Source: an uncultured virus (IMG/VR IMGVR_UViG_3300007960_003098)
Lineage: Duplodnaviria; Heunggongvirae; Uroviricota; Caudoviricetes
DNA: 64,000 bases
Strand: one strand, 5' to 3'
Virus record (IMG/VR): IMGVR_UViG_3300007960_003098
Shown: positions 37,165 to 45,171 of the stretch, in pieces
Position numbering within the stretch: the first letter of the stretch is position 1
Layout of the letters: the number at the start of each line of letters is the position of its first letter
Made by a program: the position numbers and the translations under genes
Notes under the pieces: model-generated
Told to the model about the DNA's origin: nothing
The model's database searches: none
What the model saw: only the letters and a program-made list of their open reading frames with translations

Positions 37165-37398
37165 ATGGGCTTCAAGCAACCTTCTTTAGACGATGCTTAT
37201 ACGTCAATCAATAAGTGTTTTAGAGAAATAAACAGTTCATATAACACTGGTTATATTGGGTGGCCACTAAAGCAAGATGTGTACAATCTTTATTTTCATT
37301 TGAAGAAACAACTCAAAGAAAGTTGTACGTTTTCAGGTGAAGAAGAATGGCTTGAAGAACATTACAAAAATGAGATGTGGGAAGAGTTAAAGAAATAA
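37165..37398 (+). CDS. Hypothetical protein
   Basis: ORF packing. Confidence 0.55.
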   Translation: MGFKQPSLDDAYTSINKCFREINSSYNTGYIGWPLKQDVYNLYFHLKKQLKESCTFSGEEEWLEEHYKNEMWEELKK

Positions 37399-38003
37399 TG
37401 TACTGTTATAAAGATAATTTTCTCTCTGATGAAGTGTTTAACTTGTTTAAAGAAGATATGCTTAATAAATACGAGCCTCGGAAAGAATGGGGAAATGAAA
37501 ATCCTATTTACGGAAAGTACCTGTCCGGTGAAAATTATGAAGAAGATGCTCCTGTAAGAGTCTTGGCGTTGACAAATCCGGAAGATGGTGATTATATGTA
37601 TACTGCGGCGAGACTAGGATCAAAATCATTACCAGAAATAGCACGTAGTATTAAACAGTACATGATTGAAGATATGAACTTGATAAATCCTTTGGCTCGT
37701 CAGATGTGGTATCAATATCATTCAAATAAACATAAAGTAATACAGCATTGGGATCCTGCCGTTAACGGCAAAACAAGCAAACAATCATTTACTAGTCTTT
37801 TATACATGCATGACACTTGGGAAGATGATTGGGGCGGTGAACTTACTTTTCTTAATGATAAGCAATCTATACTGCCTAAACCGAATAGATTAGTAATATA
37901 CAGCAGAGACGAAGAACATTGGGTCAGTGAGATTACGCATACCCTAGATGATTATCAAAGAATGTTTTTCTTTACGGCGTGGGGAACAGATAATGATTTT
38001 TAA
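37398..38003 (+). CDS. 2OG-Fe(II) oxygenase (prolyl-hydroxylase-like)
   Basis: HWD, WGGEL, PKPNRLVIY, HWV, R. Confidence 0.85.
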   Translation: MYCYKDNFLSDEVFNLFKEDMLNKYEPRKEWGNENPIYGKYLSGENYEEDAPVRVLALTNPEDGDYMYTAARLGSKSLPEIARSIKQYMIEDMNLINPLARQMWYQYHSNKHKVIQHWDPAVNGKTSKQSFTSLLYMHDTWEDDWGGELTFLNDKQSILPKPNRLVIYSRDEEHWVSEITHTLDDYQRMFFFTAWGTDNDF

Positions 38004-38451
38004 TAAAATCAGACAACTTAAAGACGAAGGTAAAACTATTGGTATTACATTCAGTACGTTTGATCTATTACATGCAGGACACATTGCAATGTTATCAGAA
38101 GCAAAGAATCATTGTGATTATTTGATTGCTGGTTTGCAGACTGATCCTACAATAGATCGACCTGATTCAAAGAATCCACCTGTACAAAGTATTGTAGAGC
38201 GACAGATTCAATTAGCGGCTACTAGATACGTAGACGAGATCGTAGTTTATCAAACAGAACAAGACTTGCGTGATCTATTGTTGATTTTACCCGTCGATGT
38301 AAGGATCATCGGGGTAGAGTATCAAGATAAAGAATATACTGGTAGAGATATCTGTGAGGCACGTAACATCACGGTGATTTATAACGGCAGAGATCACAGT
38401 TTCAGTTCTAGCAGTTTAAGAAAACGTGTTGCTGAAGCACACAAGGAGTAG
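37993..38451 (+). CDS. tagD: Glycerol-3-phosphate cytidylyltransferase-like
   Basis: STFDLLHAGH, GLQTDP, RDHSFSSSSLR. Confidence 0.85.
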   Translation: MIFNKIRQLKDEGKTIGITFSTFDLLHAGHIAMLSEAKNHCDYLIAGLQTDPTIDRPDSKNPPVQSIVERQIQLAATRYVDEIVVYQTEQDLRDLLLILPVDVRIIGVEYQDKEYTGRDICEARNITVIYNGRDHSFSSSSLRKRVAEAHKE

Positions 38452-38455
38452 TAAG

Positions 38456-38947
38456 ATGGCAGGAAAATTTTATAGTACGAAAACATATGGTAATGACAGA
38501 GGTTTGAGTTGTGCGTTCCGTCAATGGCGAAGTACACATAGCCACTGTAGTTTAATTCATGGTTACAGTATCGGTGTAAAGATTGTGTTTGAGTGCAAGT
38601 CACTTGATGAACGCAACTGGGTAATGGACTTTGGTGGACTCAAAGAGTTTAAGAATTGGTTAGAGTACATGTTTGATCATACTCTATTGGTCGCCGAAGA
38701 TGATCCACGACTTGAATTGTTTAAGCAAATGGCTGAGATCGGTGGTGGCTATAATGATTTAGGTATTGTTGATCTGCGTATTGTTGAAGGCGTAGGGTGC
38801 GAAAGATTCGCAGAAATGGCTTATAACAAACTATCTGACCTTATCCAGAAGTCAGTCAATAACGGTACTGCATTGAATCCCACAGTTAGGGTAAAGAGTG
38901 TAGAAGTATTTGAACATGGAGCTAACTCAGCTATTTACGAGGGATAA
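38456..38947 (+). CDS. queD: 6-carboxy-5,6,7,8-tetrahydropterin synthase
   Basis: HCSLIHGY (CxxxHG), WVMDFGGLK, FDHT, GCERFA, VFEHGANSA. Confidence 0.92.
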   Translation: MAGKFYSTKTYGNDRGLSCAFRQWRSTHSHCSLIHGYSIGVKIVFECKSLDERNWVMDFGGLKEFKNWLEYMFDHTLLVAEDDPRLELFKQMAEIGGGYNDLGIVDLRIVEGVGCERFAEMAYNKLSDLIQKSVNNGTALNPTVRVKSVEVFEHGANSAIYEG

Positions 38948-38950
38948 TCA

Positions 38951-39181
38951 ATGGAATGGTGGAATCGGTTATGGAAAAAGCCTGAGGAAGAAATTGTAGA
39001 TGAATTAAGCGTACCAACAGTAATAGATGTTATGAAAGACGATGTTGATCCTGAAGAAGTTACGATAGAGAATGCATATAAAACAAGATGGATTTGGTAT
39101 CACACTATTCTAGCATTAGAATTGTTGATGGTAAACGTGTTGTTGATAGCAATATTGGTAGTATTAGCCGTAAAGTTATGA
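38951..39181 (+). CDS. Small membrane protein
   Basis: C-terminal TM helix. Confidence 0.6.
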   Translation: MEWWNRLWKKPEEEIVDELSVPTVIDVMKDDVDPEEVTIENAYKTRWIWYHTILALELLMVNVLLIAILVVLAVKL

Positions 39182-39187
39182 GGTAAT

Positions 39188-39427
39188 ATGGTAGGTCAGC
39201 AATTTACTTACAGTAATTTCCCTAGAGATAGGTTAGTCAACGTGTGTAAGAGTAGTTCTAAAGCGGATGCTTTTCAACGCATTGTAAAAGAACATCCAAG
39301 ACACACTAGAGAATTTTTGATCACTAGATTATCTGGATTTGGTATTCCTGATGCAGAACGCATTGTTGCTGAGATAGATGATCAGATCGAAGAACGCAGA
39401 AAGGTATTAGAAAATTTAGTATTATAA
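39188..39427 (+). CDS. Hypothetical protein
   Basis: RBS GAGG; ORF packing. Confidence 0.55.
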   Translation: MVGQQFTYSNFPRDRLVNVCKSSSKADAFQRIVKEHPRHTREFLITRLSGFGIPDAERIVAEIDDQIEERRKVLENLVL

Positions 39428-39459
39428 AGTATACTTTATTGCGTTAAAAAGTATACTTT
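39424..39459. promoter_or_regulatory. Tandem palindromic operator-like sites
   Basis: ATAAAGTATACTTTAT (39424-39439) and AAAGTATACTTT (39448-39459), 22 bp apart centre to centre. Confidence 0.6.
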
Positions 39460-39475
39460 AATTTAGGAGGCAAAT

Positions 39476-39823
39476 ATGGCTAGAAAGAAAAAGATAGAAA
39501 CAGTATTAGAAGAAACTGTTGAAGAAGTAGTAGAAGTAAAGAAACCAAAAAAATCTACTAAGGTGGCTAAATCTTTAGATGACCTTGTTGTAGAAGATTT
39601 TGATAAACTATGCAGTGAGGATGAAGCAAAGAAGATCATCCAATTAATCGGTGATTACTCTTTTGAAGAGGACCAAACAGAACGTAGACGATGTGTTGCA
39701 ATTGCTTTTGGTAATTGGCGTCACGGTGCAGAGTTTGATCCTAGTGTCGGTACCAAACAAAATTTTGAAGAACACAACTTCAATAAGTGCAAGACTATTC
39801 TTGAGAAAGTTACAGGAGAATAA
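39476..39823 (+). CDS. Hypothetical protein with basic/acidic N-terminal tail
   Basis: Strong RBS AGGAGG. Confidence 0.65.
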   Translation: MARKKKIETVLEETVEEVVEVKKPKKSTKVAKSLDDLVVEDFDKLCSEDEAKKIIQLIGDYSFEEDQTERRRCVAIAFGNWRHGAEFDPSVGTKQNFEEHNFNKCKTILEKVTGE

Positions 39824-39824
39824 A

Positions 39825-40001
39825 ATGGATCTAAAATCGATATGGCAAGCGACTAAAAAAACGGTAACCAAAGTACTAGTATGGCATCGTAGTTTATGTT
39901 ATGATCTACAAGTCAAACGAGACATTGATGACTATACTATGTTTTGGGTATTCTTTGGTTTTGGTGTAGCAACTACGCTATTTTTACAATGGGTATTTTA
40001 A
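39825..40001 (+). CDS. Small membrane protein
   Basis: RBS AGGAG before MDLKSIW; C-terminal TM. Confidence 0.55.
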   Translation: MDLKSIWQATKKTVTKVLVWHRSLCYDLQVKRDIDDYTMFWVFFGFGVATTLFLQWVF

Positions 40002-40002
40002 C

Positions 40003-40206
40003 GTGGCACGTTTTTTAGAAAACAGAAAAGCAAATGTTCGTATTGAACAGATGTATGTAGTAGACTTGTGGGAAGATGGTAAGTTAATTGAGACTCGCCA
40101 GCTTCCCGGAAAGTCTAAAAATTATGCAGATGATGTTGAAGAAAATTGGCTGACTGGTGTTATCAAGTCCGTAGGGGGAGAAGGTGAACAAGATCAAACT
40201 GTCTAA
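40003..40206 (+). CDS. Hypothetical protein
   Basis: ORF packing. Confidence 0.55.
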   Translation: MARFLENRKANVRIEQMYVVDLWEDGKLIETRQLPGKSKNYADDVEENWLTGVIKSVGGEGEQDQTV

Positions 40207-40738
40207 TAATGATGTACGTAATTGCGTTCATGCGATTATTAGACAACTGTACCAAGATGGTTTCAAGCCTGACTATATCGTAGGTTTGACTAGAGGGGGC
40301 TTGCTTCCTGCAACAATGCTATCACATTATCTTAACGTGCCTATGGAGACACTTAAAGTAAGTCTACGTGACGGTAACGAGAGCGAGACTAACTGCTGGA
40401 TGTCTGAAGATGCATTTGGTTACGTAAGCATTGACGTACAAGAACTCATAAAAAGCAGATGGGATCTAAGTGCTAGAAAAAAGATACTTATCGTAGATGA
40501 CATCAATGACTCTGGTGCTACTTTTAATTGGATCAAGAAAGACTGGGAAACTAGTTGCTGTCCCAAAGAAAAACATGCATGGGAAAGTGTATGGGGTAAG
40601 ACTACTAGATTTGCTGTGCTAGTAAACAACGAGAATTCTGAGTTTGCTGATGTGAATTATTCAGGTATGTCTATCAACAAGTTTGAAGATCCTCATATTT
40701 GGATAGATTTTCCTTGGGAAAATTGGTGGGAAGATTAA
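40184..40738 (+). CDS. Type I purine phosphoribosyltransferase (xanthine-guanine PRT-like)
   Basis: IVGLTRGGLLPA, ILIVDDINDSGATF (PRPP loop), WIDFPWE. Confidence 0.9.
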   Translation: MNKIKLSNNDVRNCVHAIIRQLYQDGFKPDYIVGLTRGGLLPATMLSHYLNVPMETLKVSLRDGNESETNCWMSEDAFGYVSIDVQELIKSRWDLSARKKILIVDDINDSGATFNWIKKDWETSCCPKEKHAWESVWGKTTRFAVLVNNENSEFADVNYSGMSINKFEDPHIWIDFPWENWWED

Positions 40739-40739
40739 C

Positions 40740-40768
40740 TTGACTTTGTTACCATTAGTTAGTAAAAT
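40740..40768 (+). promoter_or_regulatory. Sigma70-type promoter
   Basis: TTGACT-N17-TAAAAT. Confidence 0.7.
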
Positions 40769-40796
40769 AGCTAATATAACATTAATGAGAGTGTAG

Positions 40797-41648
40797 ATGG
40801 CTAGTATAAAAGTTTCAGAATTGTTTTACAGCATTCAGGGGGAAGGCAGATACATGGGCGTTCCCTCAATCTTTTTGAGGACATTTGGTTGCAACTTTAC
40901 TTGCGACGGTTTTGGTATGCCTGCAGGTGAATTGTCTAATGAAAGAAACATTATAGCAGTTGATAGTTCAAAATATAAGACATATAAAGAGCTTCCGCTA
41001 GTCAGTACAGGATGCGACAGTTACGCTAGCTGGGACAGACGATTCAGACATTTGAGTCCTAAGCTAGAAACCGATGCACTAGCAGAAGCTATCGTAGAAC
41101 TGCTTCCATATAAAGAGTGGCGTGATGAACATCTAGTGATCACAGGCGGTGAACCTCTATTAGGTTGGCAACGTAGTTATCCTGATCTACTAGATAATCC
41201 ATTAATGGCTAACTTGAGAGAAATCACGTTTGAGACTAACGGAACTCAAAAGATCAAAGATGAACTAGCAGAGTATCTTATCTTCTGGAAGTATTCTAGT
41301 ACAAAAGATAGAGAGATCACATTCAGTGTTAGTGCTAAACTTCCTTGCTCTGGTGAGAAGTGGGAGAAAGCAATCAAGCCTGAAGTAGTAGATGCATATC
41401 AAGAATCTGGTACAGTATATCTTAAGTTTGTGATTGCAACTGAACAAGACTTTGCGGATGCACAACGGGCTATCAAAGAGTATCGTGATGCAGGGTTCAC
41501 AGGGCATGTTTATCTGATGCCAGTGGGCGGTGTAGAGAGCGTATACGCTATGAACAATAGACGAGTAGCAGACTTGGCTATGCAGAACGGTTTGCGTTAT
41601 AGCGACAGATTGCAAGTTCCTTTATTCAAGAATGAATGGGGTACTTAA
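40797..41648 (+). CDS. queE: 7-carboxy-7-deazaguanine synthase (radical SAM)
   Basis: ELFYSIQGEG, FLRTFGCNFTC...GCDS, ITGGEP, FETNG, SAK, LMPVG. Confidence 0.92.
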   Translation: MASIKVSELFYSIQGEGRYMGVPSIFLRTFGCNFTCDGFGMPAGELSNERNIIAVDSSKYKTYKELPLVSTGCDSYASWDRRFRHLSPKLETDALAEAIVELLPYKEWRDEHLVITGGEPLLGWQRSYPDLLDNPLMANLREITFETNGTQKIKDELAEYLIFWKYSSTKDREITFSVSAKLPCSGEKWEKAIKPEVVDAYQESGTVYLKFVIATEQDFADAQRAIKEYRDAGFTGHVYLMPVGGVESVYAMNNRRVADLAMQNGLRYSDRLQVPLFKNEWGT

Positions 41649-41884
41649 TGCCCTTTTATTCAGAGAAGATAGGGAATTTTGATACGTTTAATGGTCATTG
41701 TGTGGGAGCTACTGAACGGATCTCATGGCTCCCTCGCAGATGTTACGAGAGTAACAGAGTATTATGGCTTAGAAAAGCCATAAGAAGGTCCGCAATGTGG
41801 ACTGGACCCGGTGACCCCGTATGGGAGCATCGTTGGTATCATAAGCATGAATACCTAAAACTTAAAATTAAAGGAAAAGTATGA
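41648..41884 (+). CDS. Hypothetical protein
   Basis: TAATG stop/start overlap. Confidence 0.55.
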   Translation: MPFYSEKIGNFDTFNGHCVGATERISWLPRRCYESNRVLWLRKAIRRSAMWTGPGDPVWEHRWYHKHEYLKLKIKGKV

Positions 41885-41930
41885 ATGGGGTACATAAATC
41901 TAATAAATAGTGCTAAGGAGAAAAATAATT

Positions 41931-42152
41931 ATGAGTGATTTACGACAAGAATTGATAGACGCAAGTATCGCCCATTTTCAAGGATGTATAAAGAAACATA
42001 AAGTCAACATAGAAGTTATGTTAAACAATGCAGTTGGCGTCGCAGAACACCCAGACTTAATGGACTCAATCGATAAAGAGTTGGGTCTTATAGCAGAGTA
42101 TGACGATAAGTTATCTGTGCTATACAAGTATTTTAGCAATGGCATACAGTAA
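41931..42152 (+). CDS. Small helical hypothetical protein
   Basis: RBS AAGGAG; VGVAEHPD motif; TAAATA upstream. Confidence 0.65.
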   Translation: MSDLRQELIDASIAHFQGCIKKHKVNIEVMLNNAVGVAEHPDLMDSIDKELGLIAEYDDKLSVLYKYFSNGIQ

Positions 42153-42615
42153 GAAGGTAGTAGAGAGATTCGAGGGAGTATTAAACAACCCAGAAAAATT
42201 TTCAGTTGGTAGATTTGATCCGAATGATCCAGATGTAGCAACAGGAATGACAGGCGCACCCGCATGTGGTGACGTTATGAAACTTCAACTAAAATTAGAT
42301 GAAGAAGAAAGAATAGTTGATGTCAAATTTAAGACATATGGATGTGGTAGTGCAATAGCAAGTTCAACGATGTTTGTTGATATGCTTAAAGGGAAAACGA
42401 TTGATGAAGCAAAACTTATTAAAGACAGGGATATTGCAGAAGCATTAGAGTTACCGGCTATTAAGATCCATTGTTCAGTATTGGCAGAAGACAGTATTAG
42501 ACAAGCAATAAAAAATTGGGAAGAAAAGAAAGATGCTTCAAGTATGATTGGGCATAACAGTAAGTTCTACCAAATACAGGAACCCGGCGAACAAGGAGAT
42601 AATAATGCCAGTTAA
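42139..42615 (+). CDS. iscU: Fe-S cluster scaffold IscU
   Basis: MAYSKKV, GAPACGDVM, FKTYGCGSAIASS, LELPAIKIHCSVLAED. Confidence 0.95.
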   Translation: MAYSKKVVERFEGVLNNPEKFSVGRFDPNDPDVATGMTGAPACGDVMKLQLKLDEEERIVDVKFKTYGCGSAIASSTMFVDMLKGKTIDEAKLIKDRDIAEALELPAIKIHCSVLAEDSIRQAIKNWEEKKDASSMIGHNSKFYQIQEPGEQGDNNAS

Positions 42616-42850
42616 ATTTAGACCAACCGAAAGTTACAAAGTAAAGGGTCAGCCTAGACAGACTACCCATTATTATATTAAGATGATGACCAAAGATGCG
42701 TTACTAGAATATATTAATAGCGGTAATGCTCTTCCAAAACGTAGAGCAAAATGCATCAATGAATTAGAACGTAGAGGTGTTAAGTTAAATCACCTTAAAG
42801 AGTTATCAGTAGACGGTAAAAAAATCACAAAAACTGTAACGTTAGGGTAA
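42605..42850 (+). CDS. Small basic hypothetical protein
   Basis: RBS AAGGAG before MPVKF. Confidence 0.6.
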   Translation: MPVKFRPTESYKVKGQPRQTTHYYIKMMTKDALLEYINSGNALPKRRAKCINELERRGVKLNHLKELSVDGKKITKTVTLG

Positions 42851-42867
42851 ATCATTTACCAATTTAT

Positions 42868-42909
42868 AGTGAGAGGGCTTGACAAAGCCTTCCACTTTTT
42901 ATATAATAT
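42868..42909 (+). promoter_or_regulatory. Terminator-like hairpin overlapping sigma70 promoter
   Basis: AGGGCTT-GACA-AAGCCTT stem, T-run at 42896-42900; TTGACA at 42879 and TATAAT at 42904. Confidence 0.6.
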
Positions 42910-42928
42910 ATAGAACAGGTATATCTAT

Positions 42929-44290
42929 ATGTATAACAAACGTGTTGCATTCTTAATGTCATATCAGCATCTTATTCCACATGGTGGGATAGGACAGATG
43001 GCGCTTAGTTTTGTAAAACTTATGAAAGAAAATAATGTCAAGGTTGATATTATTACTGACAAGTTTGATAAACCAACTGAATTTACAAAGACCCTGATTA
43101 ACGAAGGGGCTAGATTCATCTATCCAGATCAATCTCTATCATACACTACCCATCAAGGTATCTTTATGTATGGGGATAGTTATTGTTTGGAGCGCATGGT
43201 AAATTTTAGAAATGCTATTATCAAAGCATTTAACACTAATATCTATGACAGCATAATCTGCAACACATACGAGACTTCTAGGCTATTATCTGAAATGGGC
43301 TTAGAAGATTGTGTACAGGTTATTAATTATACGCACTTAGAAAGTCAGATTTTTCCTGACTCTAAAAATCCTTTCTTAGACAACGTAAATGAATCTATGC
43401 GTATTCAGATGATGCTGTCTAATATGGTTATTGGTACTCAAAGTAACTTTAATCGACAAATTTTGTCTGGCAAATTGAATCAACCTGTCTTTGAACTTCC
43501 TATTCCATTACCCGAACCCGACCTTTTAACGGAACATCACAAAGCAAGAGAAGGTGTATTGTTTATCGGTAGATGGGAAGAAGGTAAAGGTCCTGAAGAC
43601 TTTTTAGCAATGATCAGGGCAACCAAACTTCCTGCTAAAGTTATGACTAACGCTAACGGGGCAAAGAAGTTTGAAGCAGAATTAAAAGAGATCGGCGTAC
43701 CTTATGAGATCAAAACTAGTATCATTGGACAAGAAAAAGTAAACTTTATCACTAGTGCTAGAGTTGCATTCAATCCTAGTACAGTTGAAAGTTATGGGAT
43801 CGCATTCTTAGAACAGCATATCCAGCTACCAACTGTATGTTATAAAGATATGCGCTGGACAAACAACTTTAACCCTGAATACTTTTTTGCTGTGGATAAG
43901 AAAGAAGCAAGTGATGTTATCACTGGCTTGTATGAACAATTTGAGACTGCACAAAGTTATTATGATCTGGGTGCATTATCATACTATCAAAAAAGAGAAA
44001 ACAGAATTGCTAGCGAATGGATGCTGTGTTTTGACGACTTTAAATCTAAACAATCTAAGTCTAGCACTGCCGGGATTCTAAAACACGATACAATTAGTTA
44101 TGCAGATTATATAACTAACCTAAATAGAAGTGTATTATGTATCGATGATATCAGAAGCGTTTTATCCAATAAACACAAATTTCGTGTTATCTATACTGAC
44201 ACAGATACATGGTTAACAACAGATGATACTTTTGTCCCTGTGGATACCGTATCAACTACACAAGCCGCTGGCTTATTTGAGGGATTATAA
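42929..44290 (+). CDS. GT-B (GT4-like) glycosyltransferase
   Basis: PHGGIGQ, LFIGRWEEGKGPE, FNPSTVESYGIAFLE. Confidence 0.85.
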   Translation: MYNKRVAFLMSYQHLIPHGGIGQMALSFVKLMKENNVKVDIITDKFDKPTEFTKTLINEGARFIYPDQSLSYTTHQGIFMYGDSYCLERMVNFRNAIIKAFNTNIYDSIICNTYETSRLLSEMGLEDCVQVINYTHLESQIFPDSKNPFLDNVNESMRIQMMLSNMVIGTQSNFNRQILSGKLNQPVFELPIPLPEPDLLTEHHKAREGVLFIGRWEEGKGPEDFLAMIRATKLPAKVMTNANGAKKFEAELKEIGVPYEIKTSIIGQEKVNFITSARVAFNPSTVESYGIAFLEQHIQLPTVCYKDMRWTNNFNPEYFFAVDKKEASDVITGLYEQFETAQSYYDLGALSYYQKRENRIASEWMLCFDDFKSKQSKSSTAGILKHDTISYADYITNLNRSVLCIDDIRSVLSNKHKFRVIYTDTDTWLTTDDTFVPVDTVSTTQAAGLFEGL

Positions 44291-45171
44291 TGAAGAAAAT
44301 ATTAGTAACAGGTAGTTCAGGCTATATCGGATCGCATCTTTGTGCAAAACTTTTAAAGTCTGGATATGAAGTATATGGGTTGGATAAGAATCGACCTAAC
44401 GCAGAGTTTGACACATTTCTTCGCCAAAATCCAGAGTACTCCTTCAATTTTATGTTGCAAGATATCAATAATAAAATAGCATTATTTTATTCAGAAAACT
44501 TTGTCTCTGGTATGAAGTTCGATGCAGTAATTCATTTGGCGGCTCTTGTCAACGTAGGAGAAAGTGAATTAACACCTATTCAGTACTACATCACTAATAC
44601 TAACGGAACCATGAATTGTTTAGCAAAGATTCCAACAGATAATTTTATTTTTGCATCAACTGGCGCTGCCGAAGGTTGCGAAAGTGCGTATGGTATTTCA
44701 AAACGTGCGGCTGAAGATTGTGTCGTAGAATACTGCACTAAGCATGAACCTAAAGATTATACTATTTTTAGATTCTATAACGTGATTGGTAGTGCAGGTT
44801 TTCCTGCTACTAATCCAGATGGGTTGATGTATAACTTAGTGAAAGCGATTGACTCAAAAGAGTTTACTATTTTTGGTAACGACTATGATACAGTCGATGG
44901 TACATGTATTAGAGACTATGTACACGTAATGGAGATTGTTGAAGCATTGATGATGGCTATTGATGAGCCTGCAAATGGAAAAGAGTCTTTGGGACACGGT
45001 GTAGGTAGAAGTGTAAAACAAATTGCTGAACTATTTAAAGAAGTCAATCTTGTTGATTTTGAAATTAAATATGGACCTAGAAGAAAAGGTGATTTAGAAT
45101 CTAGTGTACTTGAAAGTGTGTCAAAGTATATGAAGGACCTCTTTCCGATTGAAGTCCTTCTTAAACTTTAG
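44290..45171 (+). CDS. NAD-dependent epimerase/dehydratase (GalE-like)
   Basis: ILVTGSSGYIGSH, HLAALVNVGES, YGISK, FRFYNV, DGTCIRDYVHV, RRKGD. Confidence 0.92.
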   Translation: MKKILVTGSSGYIGSHLCAKLLKSGYEVYGLDKNRPNAEFDTFLRQNPEYSFNFMLQDINNKIALFYSENFVSGMKFDAVIHLAALVNVGESELTPIQYYITNTNGTMNCLAKIPTDNFIFASTGAAEGCESAYGISKRAAEDCVVEYCTKHEPKDYTIFRFYNVIGSAGFPATNPDGLMYNLVKAIDSKEFTIFGNDYDTVDGTCIRDYVHVMEIVEALMMAIDEPANGKESLGHGVGRSVKQIAELFKEVNLVDFEIKYGPRRKGDLESSVLESVSKYMKDLFPIEVLLKL

